DNA of 64,000 nucleotides from Candidatus Marinacidobacterales bacterium (GTDB lineage Bacteria; Acidobacteriota; Vicinamibacteria; Marinacidobacterales; SMYC01): NCBI GenBank assembly GCA_965247365.1, contig CBDFHB010000001.1, positions 408,739 to 472,738 of the forward strand, read 5' to 3'. Shown piece by piece: positions 18,160 to 27,650 of this stretch (position 1 is its first letter; each line of letters starts with the position of its first letter). The notes under the pieces were generated by a model. It saw only the letters and a program-made list of their open reading frames with translations, ran no database searches and was not told where the DNA came from. The position numbers and the translations under genes were made by a program.

Positions 18160-19107
18160 ATGCCCGATTGGCTCCACGCCAAAATAGCTCCCATGCTCGC
18201 TGCCTCGAGCGCGCCCTTCGATTCGGACCGACACCTCTTCGAGGTCAAGTGGGACGGGATCCGCGCGCTCGCTTTCTTCGGCGAGGGCCGCCCGCGACTC
18301 CAGGGTCGCAAGCTCACGGACGCTACCGATCGATATCCAGAGATCGAAGCGGCGCTCGAAAAGCTCAATGGCAATGGAATAATCGACGGAGAGATCGTCG
18401 TCTTGGACGACGAGGGACGGCCGAACTTCCAGCGTGTGCTGGTCCGCGAGCAAACGGCGACGCGCGAGGCGGCCCTCCTCAAGGCCAGCAAACATCCGGT
18501 CGCCTATATGGTCTTCGACCTCCTCTATAGGAACGGTCAGCCATTGTTCGAGCGACCTCTGCTCGAGCGAAAGCAGCTCCTCGCCGAGCTTCTCGCCGAG
18601 GCGGATTCGCCCCTTGTCGAGAGCGCCTACTTCGCCGATCGCGGCCTGGGCCTCTTCGAGCAGGCCAAGGCATACGGCCTAGAGGGCGTCGTGGCCAAGC
18701 TCATGGACAGTCACTATCGACCCGGTGAGCGCAGCAGCGACTGGCTCAAGCTCAAAGTCCGCCGAACGATCGATGGCGTGCTCGTGGGTCTCGTGCGGGA
18801 GCGCGGCGCCGGCAGGGTCAAGTCGCTGGTTCTCGGAGCCTATCGGAACGGGACCCTCGAGTGGATCGGGAACGTCGGGAGCGGCCTCGACCAGAAGACT
18901 TTGCGGCAGCTTGGCTCCGAGCTCTCGACGCTCAAGAGCGCTCCTCCGCAGAGGTTCGGTGCGGTGGCCCCTGGAGAGATCGAGTGGCTGCGACCCTCCC
19001 TCGTCGTGCGGGCGGAATATGCCGAGCTCACGAATGAAGGCCGTCTTCGCCACCCGACCTTCGTCGGCTTCGTGAGCAAGCTCCCCGAAGAGTGTGTCGC
19101 TCCATAA
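18160..19107 (+). CDS. ligD: ATP-dependent DNA ligase: a LigD ligase domain only, with no polymerase or phosphoesterase domain.
   Basis: Adenylation motif I EVKWDGIRA (KxDG). Size is 315 aa. The start is 1 nt after the ku stop. Confidence 0.88.
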   Translation: MPDWLHAKIAPMLAASSAPFDSDRHLFEVKWDGIRALAFFGEGRPRLQGRKLTDATDRYPEIEAALEKLNGNGIIDGEIVVLDDEGRPNFQRVLVREQTATREAALLKASKHPVAYMVFDLLYRNGQPLFERPLLERKQLLAELLAEADSPLVESAYFADRGLGLFEQAKAYGLEGVVAKLMDSHYRPGERSSDWLKLKVRRTIDGVLVGLVRERGAGRVKSLVLGAYRNGTLEWIGNVGSGLDQKTLRQLGSELSTLKSAPPQRFGAVAPGEIEWLRPSLVVRAEYAELTNEGRLRHPTFVGFVSKLPEECVAP

Positions 19108-19129
19108 TTAGTGCTCGCGGCCGCCCCTG

Positions 19130-19687
19130 CTAGGCGATCAGGTTCAACAGCTCGTGGACGAGCCGGCCGGTGATCCCCCAGATGTCGTGTTCACCGTAGT
19201 GGTAGTGGTAGACGTCGAGAACACTTCCATCCTCGAGCTGGCGCTTTTCGATCGTCCGAATAGCGGGGTCCTCGAGCACTTCGAGGGGCACCTCGAAGAG
19301 CTCCTCGACCTCGTGGTTTCCACGGAAAGGGTAAGGGCCGGTCACGACGCCGACGAAGGGCGTAACGCGGAAGCCAGTCACCGTACCGCGCTCGTCCATT
19401 TGTCCGAGCAAGGTCACGTGCTCTGGGAACAGCCCGACTTCCTCTCGACTCTCCCTCAAAGCGGTCGCGAGAGGTGAGGCGTCGGACGGGTCGACGACAC
19501 CCCCTGGAAACGAGATATCGCCGGGCTGACGACGCAAGCGAGACGAACGTCGAGTGAAGAGCAGAAACTCCTCTCCCTTCGTCACGACGATAGGAACGAG
19601 AACGGCTGCGGGACGCAGGTCCGGCGGGCCCGACCCGGGTGATTGAGCCTCCAGTCGTCGACGGACGCGATCGATCCGCTCGCCCAT
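19130..19687 (-). CDS. NUDIX hydrolase (CoA pyrophosphatase-like). Probable start at the internal Met (MGERIDRV).
   Basis: Nudix box GGVVDPSDASPLATALRESREEVGL. Confidence 0.75.
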   Translation of the reverse strand: MGERIDRVRRRLEAQSPGSGPPDLRPAAVLVPIVVTKGEEFLLFTRRSSRLRRQPGDISFPGGVVDPSDASPLATALRESREEVGLFPEHVTLLGQMDERGTVTGFRVTPFVGVVTGPYPFRGNHEVEELFEVPLEVLEDPAIRTIEKRQLEDGSVLDVYHYHYGEHDIWGITGRLVHELLNLIA

Positions 19688-19766
19688 ACGAAGAGGATAG
19701 CACCGCGTCGTTTGCGGTATAATTTCGCCACACATGAAACAGGCGAGCCATCCTGTGCTAGCACGG

Positions 19767-20261
19767 ATGCGTGTGGCGCTGCTGGGAATGGTTTTTGTCT
19801 CGCTCGTCGCCTCTTCCGCGGGGGCCGGGGACGCGTTTCTCCGTGGCGGCTTGATTTTTCATCCTCGCGACATAGGCTTCGAGGGTCGATGGCGAGCCGA
19901 TTTCGGAAGCGACTACGCGGTCAACTTCGCCGAAACGGTCTTCCTCGGCTTCGAGCTCCAGACTTCCGTTTATCGTGCGGACGTCTTCGAGACGACCGCC
20001 ACGGTGGTGCCAGCGAACGGCTTCATCAACGTGAAAGTCAAGTCGTCGAACATCGGCCTGCGTCCCTATGGGGGCGGAGGGATGGGGCTTCTCAGCAACT
20101 TCGTCTTCGTTTCCGGCAGTTCCGAATGGAGCAAGGACTTCGGCTATCAGCTAGTCGGCGGCATCGAATTTGGACGGCTGAGCCTGGAGCTCCAAATACA
20201 ACGGGCCTTCGAGTCCGGGGCGGAAACGAGCTGGGGTGCCTACGCCGGCTTCGTCTTTTAG
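19767..20261 (+). CDS. Small outer-membrane beta-barrel protein (OmpW/OmpA-barrel-like). Probable start MRVALLGMVFVSLVASSAGA at 19767; the track start is 19734.
   Basis: Signal peptide, alternating amphipathic strands, and a C-terminal aromatic residue (AGFVF). Confidence 0.6.
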   Translation: MRVALLGMVFVSLVASSAGAGDAFLRGGLIFHPRDIGFEGRWRADFGSDYAVNFAETVFLGFELQTSVYRADVFETTATVVPANGFINVKVKSSNIGLRPYGGGGMGLLSNFVFVSGSSEWSKDFGYQLVGGIEFGRLSLELQIQRAFESGAETSWGAYAGFVF

Positions 20262-20264
20262 CCG

Positions 20265-21263
20265 ATGACCCTTCGGGCTCGCGCTCCAAGCCGCATCGAT
20301 CTCGCGGGCGGCACCTTAGACCTGTGGCCCCTCTACCTGCTCATCGAGCAGGCCGCTACCGTGAACCTCGCCGTCAACCTGTACACGGAGGCCTCGGTCG
20401 AGCCGTCTCCGGACGGCAAGTGGCACGTCCGGGAGCGCGACACGGGACGCACGATGTCGGCCGCCTCACCGGAGGGGCTTCGAAGCAAACGAGGTGCAGA
20501 AATCGCTGGCCACTTGCTGCGGTTCTTCGCGCCGAAGGACCCAATCCTTCTGACGACCCACTCCGAGGCGCCGCCACAGGCGGGGCTCGGCGCCTCCTCG
20601 TCGCTCGGCGTGGTGATCGCGGGCGTACTCAACGGTCTGACAGGGTTCCGCTACGATCGCCACGACCTCATCTCCATCGTCAAGGACGTCGAGGTCGAGA
20701 TCCTCGGGACCATAACGGGAGCGCAAGACCACTATCCGCCCGTTTTTGGGGGGGCCATGTGCCTGTGGTGGGAGAAGTACCGCCATCGGCGTGAGCCACT
20801 GACCCTAGACAAGGAGGCCTTCGAGAATCGCTTCCTCCTCGCCTACTCGCACCAGCCGCACCGATCGGGCGCCACGAATTGGGAAGTCGTTCGACGCTTT
20901 CTCGAAGGTGATGAGACCACCAAGGCTGCGCTCGCGCGGAGCGGTCGGACCGCCGTCGCGATTCGCAACGCCATCGTGGAAGGCGATCTAGAACGTGTAG
21001 CGGAGCTCGTCGGAGAGGATTGGCAGGCTCGACGCGAAATGGCGCCGGCGGTGTCGAGCCCCGAGCTCGAGGCCATTATCTCCGCAGCGCGCGGCGCCGG
21101 AGCGTCCTCCGCGAAAGTGTGTGGAGCGGGCGGCGGCGGCTGCATGATCGTCGCGGTTCCGGACGGCAAGCGAAAGGCAATCGGAAACGCGATCGAGGAG
21201 GCGGGCGGGTCCATTCTCGACTACCACCTCGTCGACGACGGACTCGAGCTCGTTGTCGAATGA
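20265..21263 (+). CDS. GHMP-family sugar kinase, HddA-like (D-glycero-D-manno-heptose-7-phosphate kinase family).
   Basis: N-terminal RAPSRIDLAGGTLDL and the GHMP ATP motif PQAGLGASSSLGVVIAG. Confidence 0.7.
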   Translation: MTLRARAPSRIDLAGGTLDLWPLYLLIEQAATVNLAVNLYTEASVEPSPDGKWHVRERDTGRTMSAASPEGLRSKRGAEIAGHLLRFFAPKDPILLTTHSEAPPQAGLGASSSLGVVIAGVLNGLTGFRYDRHDLISIVKDVEVEILGTITGAQDHYPPVFGGAMCLWWEKYRHRREPLTLDKEAFENRFLLAYSHQPHRSGATNWEVVRRFLEGDETTKAALARSGRTAVAIRNAIVEGDLERVAELVGEDWQARREMAPAVSSPELEAIISAARGAGASSAKVCGAGGGGCMIVAVPDGKRKAIGNAIEEAGGSILDYHLVDDGLELVVE

Positions 21264-21868
21264 ACGGCCCGGACTTTCTCGTCGCGGTGGGGACGACACG
21301 GGCGCCCAAGCTGCGAGCCGTCGAGCGAGCGCTTGGCGAGCTCAGACGGCGGTTCTCCTCTTTCCTGGCCCCTTCCTTTGCGCTCGAGCCACGCCAGGTT
21401 GCCTCCGGTGCGCCTTCGACTCCGATGACGACGTCCGAGATGATGGACGGAGCGCGCCAACGCGCGCAGGCCGTATGGCGGTTGCTCGAGGAGGAGGGTT
21501 CAAGACCTTTCCTCGCGATCGGACTCGAGGGCGGAGTCGTCTTCGAAAGCGGCGTGTCATTCCTCGAGTCGTGGTCCTATGTCACCGATGGGACGAGAGG
21601 CCACTTCGGGAGCGGCGGCTGTATCACGCTCCCCGACGAGCTGGCACGGGCGGTATTCGACCGCGGCGAGGATCTCGGCCCTGCGGCGGATCGCATCTTC
21701 CAAAAGCAGAACGTCCGGTCGAACGAGGGCACGTTCGGGGTCCTGACCGGAGACGTCGTCACGCGCGAGGAGGCTTTCGTCCGCTCGCTCCTCCACGCCC
21801 TCGCTCCGTTCTATAATGCGGATCGATACGCCTCCGCCACCTTGGCGGAAGAAAGGGGCGAAAGCTAG
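21260..21868 (+). CDS. YjjX-like non-canonical purine NTP phosphatase (ITPase/XTPase, DUF84, Maf/Ham1 superfamily).
   Basis: [21 protein letters not shown]...[16 protein letters not shown]. The start ATG overlaps the kinase stop (ATGA). Confidence 0.65.
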   Translation: MNGPDFLVAVGTTRAPKLRAVERALGELRRRFSSFLAPSFALEPRQVASGAPSTPMTTSEMMDGARQRAQAVWRLLEEEGSRPFLAIGLEGGVVFESGVSFLESWSYVTDGTRGHFGSGGCITLPDELARAVFDRGEDLGPAADRIFQKQNVRSNEGTFGVLTGDVVTREEAFVRSLLHALAPFYNADRYASATLAEERGES

Positions 21869-21872
21869 ATTC

Positions 21873-22511
21873 ATGGACGTGTTCCGTACCCATCCGGGAT
21901 GGCTGGAGGTCATTACCGGGAGCATGTTCAGTGGGAAGAGCGAAGAGTTGATTCGACGGCTGAGACGAGCTCAAATCGCCCGTCAGCGAGTCCAGATATT
22001 CAAACCGTTGATTGACGGCCGTTATGGCAAAGAGCATATCGTCTCCCACAGTGACATGAAGATCGACGCCGAGCTCGTCGAGCACGCGGAAGAGATTTTG
22101 GAAAAGCTCGACCACCGTACCGAAGTCGTCGGCATCGACGAGGGGCAGTTCTTCGAACCGAGTCTCGTCGAGGTGGCGGTCCAGCTGGCAAATACCGGCA
22201 AACGCGTGATCCTGGCGGGACTCGATACCGACTACCTGGGCAAGCCCTTCGACCCCATGCCCCAACTTCTCGCGGTTGCGGAGTACATCACAAAGACGCT
22301 GGCCATCTGCATGCGCTGCGGCAGCCCGGCCAATCAGACGCAGCGCATCGTCGCCTCCAAGGATCGCGTCGTCGTGGGTGGCGCCGAGACCTACGAGGCG
22401 CGATGCCGAAGGTGCTTCGAGCCCCACGTCGAGGAAGACCAGAAGCGCGACGCTCTCGCCCAGCTCGCAACCCGAAGGCGAGTGGCTTCGGGCGGAAGCT
22501 CGGAAAAGTAG
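21873..22511 (+). CDS. tdk: Thymidine kinase.
   Basis: [22 protein letters not shown]-loop, the CMRCG...CRRC zinc ribbon, and DEGQFF. The start lies 4 nt after the YjjX stop. Confidence 0.88.
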   Translation: MDVFRTHPGWLEVITGSMFSGKSEELIRRLRRAQIARQRVQIFKPLIDGRYGKEHIVSHSDMKIDAELVEHAEEILEKLDHRTEVVGIDEGQFFEPSLVEVAVQLANTGKRVILAGLDTDYLGKPFDPMPQLLAVAEYITKTLAICMRCGSPANQTQRIVASKDRVVVGGAETYEARCRRCFEPHVEEDQKRDALAQLATRRRVASGGSSEK

Positions 22512-23323
22512 CGTCGCCGCATCCCGTCCACGACGAGGTTCGCGCCCACAACGGCGAGGGTCAGCGAAACCCCGGGGAAGAGCCACTCCCACCAGTAAGC
22601 GCCCAGGACTCCGGCGCTCGAGGCGGCCGCGGCCATCATATTCCCCCAGCTCGGCATCGGCTCGGGAAGCCCGAGCCCGAGAAACGACAGTGTCACTTCG
22701 CCGAGAAGAAAGTAGGGTAGAAGCAGCCCCACCTGGAGGAGCACGAAAGCTCTCAACGCAGGGAGGATGTGGGTCAAGAGCAGGCGGAAGCGCGTCGCTC
22801 CTGCCGCCCGGGCGGCGGTCACGAAGTCGCGCTCGCGCAACGACAGCACCTGGGCGCGAACCAGTCGCGCGATGGAGCTCCACCCGACGATTGCGAGAGT
22901 CAGAACAACGATACCGCCCGACTGGAACGACGAGAGTGCGTCGGGAAAAATGTTTCGGAGCGCGATCATGAGGTAGAGCGCGGGTAAGGTCATGAAGAGC
23001 TCGGCGCCACGCATCAGCAGTCGATCCGTCAGCCCCCCAAAGAGCCCGGAAACAGACCCTAGGAGCGTTCCCAGAAAGGCTGTGAGGAGAACACCAGCGG
23101 TAGCGGTCAACACGGTGTAGCGCGCCCCGTGCACGAGGCGCGACCACACGTCGCGGCCGAGCCCATCAGTTCCGAGCACGTGTCTTCCGTGCGCTCCCGA
23201 AAGGCCAAACGGAGGCTCGTGAACCCACTCCCGGTCTTGCTCGGTCGGCGAGTACCGAAGCAGGAAAGGTCCTGCCAGAGCGACGGCCGTGAGCAGGCAA
23301 AGAAGGACGAGTCCAACCCTCAT
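22391..23323 (-). CDS. ABC transporter permease, DppC/OppC-like.
   Basis: Binding-protein-dependent transport inner-membrane component with six TM helices. The start [11 protein letters not shown] at 23323 overlaps the upstream stop (ATGA). Confidence 0.85.
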   Translation of the reverse strand: MRVGLVLLCLLTAVALAGPFLLRYSPTEQDREWVHEPPFGLSGAHGRHVLGTDGLGRDVWSRLVHGARYTVLTATAGVLLTAFLGTLLGSVSGLFGGLTDRLLMRGAELFMTLPALYLMIALRNIFPDALSSFQSGGIVVLTLAIVGWSSIARLVRAQVLSLRERDFVTAARAAGATRFRLLLTHILPALRAFVLLQVGLLLPYFLLGEVTLSFLGLGLPEPMPSWGNMMAAAASSAGVLGAYWWEWLFPGVSLTLAVVGANLVVDGMRRRYFSELPPEATRLRVASWARASRFWSSSTWGSKHLRHRAS

Positions 23324-24297
23324 GCGGGTTTCTCCTCGAGCCTGACGCGGGGATCTGCGGCCACCAGCAGGAGGTCCGAAGCCAGATTTCCAGCCACGAG
23401 GAGAAAAGAGGCGAAGACGAGCGTGCCCAGGAGGAGAAACGGGTCCCGATCGTGCATTGCCGTGATGGCGAGCCGTCCCATACCGGGCCAACCCGTGACG
23501 ACCTCGACGAGAAAGGCTCCGTTGAGAAGCCGCGCGATCGAAACGGATGCGTAGCCGAGCAACGGAACGAGCCCTGCTGGCAGGACATGCCGCCGGAGAA
23601 TCGCTCCACGGGAAACGCCAAGAGCGTCAGCAGCACGGACGAAGGGGGCGGCCAGAACCTCCGAGAACGCGCCCCTCGCCTGGAGAAAGAATCCGGGAAT
23701 CATGAAGGCGGTGAGTACTGCCGCCGGCAAGACGAGATGGCGCAGGAAGTCCATCCCGACAAACCACGGCGAGGACGACGCGGCTCCGGAGGCGGATCCC
23801 CCTCCGATGGGCAGAAGCCCCGTTGAGGCGGCAAAGGCGAGCCCCGCGAGCGAGAGCACGATGGGATGAACGGAGGCCAGAACGAGGGCTGTCCGGCACG
23901 CCCATCGGTCCCACCATCCGTCGAGCCGCCCGGCGGAGAGGAGTCCGAGCGCCACACCTATCCCCGCTCCGGCGAGCTGAGCGAGGGTGGCGAGCGCGAG
24001 GGTGCGGGGAACGGCCTCCCGAAGAAGCTCGACTACGGGACGTTGGTAGCTGAACGACAGCCCGAAGTCACCCGAGAGCGTTCCCGCGAGCCACGAGACG
24101 TATTGGACGTGCCAGGGGCGGTCGAGCCCATAGCGTCTCTCGAGTACTTCGAGGACGCTCTCCGAGATTCCGGGATGGAAGCGCAGCTGATCGACAACAG
24201 TGCCTGGGGAGGCGTGCAAGAGTACGAAAGAGAGGAAACTCGCGGCGAGAAGGAGCAGGGCCGCCATGGCCACGCGAGTGTAAATGACGCGAGCCAT
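23320..24297 (-). CDS. ABC transporter permease, DppB/OppB-like.
   Basis: Typical DppB N-terminus MARVIYTRVAMAALLLL...LRFHPG... and the conserved permease loop. Confidence 0.85.
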   Translation of the reverse strand: MARVIYTRVAMAALLLLAASFLSFVLLHASPGTVVDQLRFHPGISESVLEVLERRYGLDRPWHVQYVSWLAGTLSGDFGLSFSYQRPVVELLREAVPRTLALATLAQLAGAGIGVALGLLSAGRLDGWWDRWACRTALVLASVHPIVLSLAGLAFAASTGLLPIGGGSASGAASSSPWFVGMDFLRHLVLPAAVLTAFMIPGFFLQARGAFSEVLAAPFVRAADALGVSRGAILRRHVLPAGLVPLLGYASVSIARLLNGAFLVEVVTGWPGMGRLAITAMHDRDPFLLLGTLVFASFLLVAGNLASDLLLVAADPRVRLEEKPA

Positions 24298-24311
24298 TCT
24301 CGGGCTTGAGG

Positions 24312-26819
24312 CTAGCTCGGCCGCTGGCCCTGGAACTCTTCTTTTTCGAACAAGCTCGGTTGGTAGCTATCCGATGGAGCTTCCCCACGCTTTTTGCCCT
24401 TGCGCCGAGACTTGTCCTCGTACATGTTCTTGTCCGCGGCCATCAGAAGCGACTCCAGATCCTGACCTGCGGCGGGGTAGGAGGCCAGGCCGAGTGAGAT
24501 GCCAACTCGCAGCATCGAAGCCACCCCGACGTCGAGCTCCGCGGCCTCGACCGCTTCTTGAAGCCGGTAGGAGAACTGCCGCGCTTGCTCGTAGGTCGTC
24601 TTCGGCAGGATCGCGATGAACTCGTCGCCGGCGTAGCGGACGAGCACGTCGGCGTCCCGCATGTGTCCTTTCAATATCCGTCCAACCTCTTTGAGGAAGC
24701 GATCGCCGGTGTGGTGACCGTACCGATCGTTGACTCCCTTGAAGTCGTCCAAATCCATCTCGATGACCGTCAAGGATTCTCCGTAACGTTTCGCCTCGGA
24801 AAGCGTCTGCTCGAAGAAGATGTACAGGAATCGCGAGTTGGGAAGTCCCGTCAAGCGATCGGTGAAGGCGTCCTCTTGAGTCTCCTCGAAACGAATGGCA
24901 TTGAAGAGAGCGATCGAGGCGCGATTGGAAACGATCTCCATCAGGCGGATGTGATCGTCCGTATAGCGATCGTCGCCTTCGACGTAGAGAGCGATCGTTC
25001 CGAGAGGCCGCTCCTCGTGGACCAGCGGCGCCAGAAGCGAGTTCCCGTAGAGAGACTTGACCTCGTCGGGCAAGGTCATCGTATCCGGCCCCGGGTGGAC
25101 GTTGTAGAGAAAGCGGTTGTTGGCCGCCACCCATCCCGCGAGGCGGGTTCCGATCTCGATAGAGAGTTTGTCGAAGTGGTCCTTGTTGGCGCCCACCACG
25201 TGAGCGGGCCTCAGCTCCTCGCTACCGTCATCGACGAGATAGATGACGAGAGTCGAGAACGGAACGATCTTCTCGAGCTTCGAAGCGAGAATCGTGAGAG
25301 TGTCGTTTCGGGAGAGCGAGTTGCCAATGTTCTGAAAAATCTCGAAGAGAGCGAAGATCTCTTGCTGAGGTTCCGAGATCGAGCTACTCAGCGTCGAGCT
25401 CTTCGGCTGACCGACGATGTCCGGGGCACGTTTCTTGTCGGTATGCTCGGCCGGATCGGTGAGCGAGCGCACTTCGATGGACTTGAGCTCCTCGTCGAGG
25501 TCGAGAACGACTTCGAGGAACCGGCGAAGAACGACCGGATCGAACTTGTGCGCCTCCCGCTTCATGATGGCGACGGCCGCCTCGCGATTCAGCGAACGTC
25601 GGTAGACCCGACGGGCCGTCAGCGCTTCGTAGCAGTCAGCGATTGAGAGAATTCTCGAACCCAGGGGAATCTGATCTCCCCTCAAGCCGTCCGGATAACC
25701 GCTCCCGTCCCAGTTCTCGTGATGGTGCTTGACGATCTCGACGACCGGAAATGGAAAGTCGATCGAGGACAGGATCTGAGCGCCGATCGCGGGATGGGTG
25801 CTCATCTTCTGAAACTCGCGCTCGGTGAGCCGCGTCGGCTTGTGAAGGATGTAGGAGGGAATCGATATCTTGCCGACGTCGTGCAGCACCGATGCGTAGC
25901 GGAGCCCCTCGTAAGTCCTCTCGTCGACGTCCTTCATCGCTCGCGCCAGCCCGAGCGTCAGCATCTGAGTCCGCTGGATGTGGGTGTGGGTGTGATGCTT
26001 GAAGTCGGTGTGGAGCTCCATCGCGTCGATACAGAAGGCGAAGGCCTCGAGAGTCTGGCGATGGACCTTCGAGAGCTCCTCGTACTTCTCCTTGTAGAAG
26101 CGGTGGGCGTAGTAGGCCAAGACCCAGAACGGCAAGGCGAGCACGAAGGCCCCTGGGCCAACGAGGGCGTGGAAGAGATAGACGATCGCGGCCCCGCAAG
26201 ACGAGGCGACGAAATAGACCGGCAAAAGAGGAAAGTCCTGCTTCCATAGGTCGAAAAACTGCCCCTGGCCCGAGAGCGCCTGGACGCTGTGAGTCGCCAT
26301 CCCATTGACTAGGAAATAGGTCAAGCCAACGAGTAAGACCGGGAAGATGATGCTAGGCGCGGTCACCGGGTCGGCCGGCTTCACGAGTATGAAGACCATG
26401 CCGTAGGCGAGTGCGTGGAGCGCGCCCGAGGCAAGATTGAAAACGGCGCGCAACGTGCTCCAATCGAGCGGAATCCCCCTCTGCTCCTGGGGCTCGTACT
26501 CGACGGCGAACCAGTAGCTCACCAGATGAAACAGCCCGTGGGCCACGATCCCGGGCGCGAGCCCGTAGATCATGACAATCGAAAGGACGAGGCAGTCGGC
26601 GACCGAAATCCAGTTAGCGGTGCGGGGGATCCGTACGACCCAACGAGCGCTGAGGCAGGCGACGAAGAGGATACCGAGGAAGCTCGCGCGCTCCTCGCCG
26701 GGAAGAACAGCCGCAAAGCGTACAGTTTCAGCCAGGGCCCACAGGTAAACAGCGACCCCGCCCCCGACAACCGCTGAAATGTAGAACCTTACGCTGGCTG
26801 GCCGACGTTGCCAGTCCAT
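24312..26819 (-). CDS. Multidomain c-di-GMP signalling protein: N-terminal 7TM membrane domain, HD-GYP phosphodiesterase, GAF, and a GGDEF-type cyclase domain (motif AGDEF with an RxxD I-site).
   Basis: HD-GYP motifs HDVGK and HHHENWDGSGYPDGL; GAF region; GGDEF region GLPNSRF...RDADVLVRYAGDEFIAILP. Confidence 0.85.
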   Translation of the reverse strand: MDWQRRPASVRFYISAVVGGGVAVYLWALAETVRFAAVLPGEERASFLGILFVACLSARWVVRIPRTANWISVADCLVLSIVMIYGLAPGIVAHGLFHLVSYWFAVEYEPQEQRGIPLDWSTLRAVFNLASGALHALAYGMVFILVKPADPVTAPSIIFPVLLVGLTYFLVNGMATHSVQALSGQGQFFDLWKQDFPLLPVYFVASSCGAAIVYLFHALVGPGAFVLALPFWVLAYYAHRFYKEKYEELSKVHRQTLEAFAFCIDAMELHTDFKHHTHTHIQRTQMLTLGLARAMKDVDERTYEGLRYASVLHDVGKISIPSYILHKPTRLTEREFQKMSTHPAIGAQILSSIDFPFPVVEIVKHHHENWDGSGYPDGLRGDQIPLGSRILSIADCYEALTARRVYRRSLNREAAVAIMKREAHKFDPVVLRRFLEVVLDLDEELKSIEVRSLTDPAEHTDKKRAPDIVGQPKSSTLSSSISEPQQEIFALFEIFQNIGNSLSRNDTLTILASKLEKIVPFSTLVIYLVDDGSEELRPAHVVGANKDHFDKLSIEIGTRLAGWVAANNRFLYNVHPGPDTMTLPDEVKSLYGNSLLAPLVHEERPLGTIALYVEGDDRYTDDHIRLMEIVSNRASIALFNAIRFEETQEDAFTDRLTGLPNSRFLYIFFEQTLSEAKRYGESLTVIEMDLDDFKGVNDRYGHHTGDRFLKEVGRILKGHMRDADVLVRYAGDEFIAILPKTTYEQARQFSYRLQEAVEAAELDVGVASMLRVGISLGLASYPAAGQDLESLLMAADKNMYEDKSRRKGKKRGEAPSDSYQPSLFEKEEFQGQRPS

Positions 26820-27084
26820 TTACGACTCCGGCACCAAGGTTTTTAGGCAAAAGCCTAAGGGTTAGAAAGAGATTAATGGTCTAAGATTCCGTGACTATCC
26901 CGGAGTCGTCGGGACTACCAACCCTGGCCTCGGAAGGTATCACAGAACTTCGGGGAGAAGCAACGCCGTTTTCTAGAATGGAAACTGGAGAAAGGACGGG
27001 GAAAAGAAGGAAGGAGACCGCTCCCCAGTGGTCTCCGGCACTCAAAACTGAAGGACGTCTAGTAGGCTGAATTTGTCTGGGGCC

Positions 27085-27216
27085 TCAAGGGGAATGGCCG
27101 AAGTTGATGATAACCCCCGGGGCGGTCCGCTCTTCGAGCTCTTCGACGGTAAGTTCTTCGATTTCCTTGATTTCCTTGATTTCCTTGATTTCCTTGATTT
27201 CCTGTACGTTTTCCAT
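27085..27216 (-). CDS. Hypothetical 43-aa acidic micro-ORF, MENVQEIKEIKEIKEIKEIEELTVEELEERTAPGVIINFGHSP, encoded partly by a 9-bp tandem repeat.
   Basis: ATG at 27216 (minus strand) preceded by AAGGAG at a 6-nt spacing. Stop (TGA) at 27085-27087. Hairpin GGAGACC-N10-GGTCTCC about 50 nt downstream. It is shorter than the ORF-track cutoff, and there is no homology evidence. Confidence 0.35.
   Translation of the reverse strand: MENVQEIKEIKEIKEIKEIEELTVEELEERTAPGVIINFGHSP
27160..27204. repeat. Tandem repeat, five copies of the 9-bp unit GATTTCCTT (the last copy is 8/9).
   Basis: Direct read of gatttccttgatttccttgatttccttgatttccttgatttcctg, inside the 830-bp AT-rich gap. Confidence 0.95.
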
Positions 27217-27650
27217 GATGCACTCCTTCATTATTTCGATTAAATGAAAATTACAGTACTACTCAAATCGAAAACATCATACCCAGAGAATGCCTTGCAT
27301 TGGTACCTCCTTGGCTGCGAATCCCAAGGCGCGGAACGGGCCGAACCGCACGCCGAGACTTCTGTCAGATATTTTGAGAGATTTGGTTAGGACTTAGGCG
27401 GTCGAGGAAGGGGTCGGTCTGGCAGAGACCAGAGTCATAACAAAAGAAAGAATGAGAATAGAATCACATCCCGCGAAAGCCGTCTGCCTTGGGACCGTCC
27501 CTACATCTTCCGTTTCCCGTTGCACCTCCTTTGGCGCCGTGGGCTTTCGACTACCACCCACGGTGGCTAAGCTTGTCGGTTTCTTGCTTCGCAAACTACC
27601 CTCGTCGTCCTGAGGATTCAGTGATGTGCGTCACGGGGTTTACCTAAAGG

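Noticed and set aside
21020-21868. Track ORF 21020-21868 (282 aa) and other long overlapping alternative-frame ORFs such as 21759-23147 (462 aa), 24367-25134 and 25636-26247.
   Set aside because: In a high-GC genome off-frame ORFs are long by chance. The supported genes in these spans (kinase, YjjX from the ATG at 21260, tdk, permeases, HD-GYP protein) have recognisable domains, while the alternative frames give Arg/Pro/Gly-rich low-complexity translations.
27394-27594. 66-aa minus-strand ORF in the AT-rich gap.
   Set aside because: It has no RBS, a low-complexity translation and no support. The region is treated as non-coding apart from the SD-led micro-ORF.
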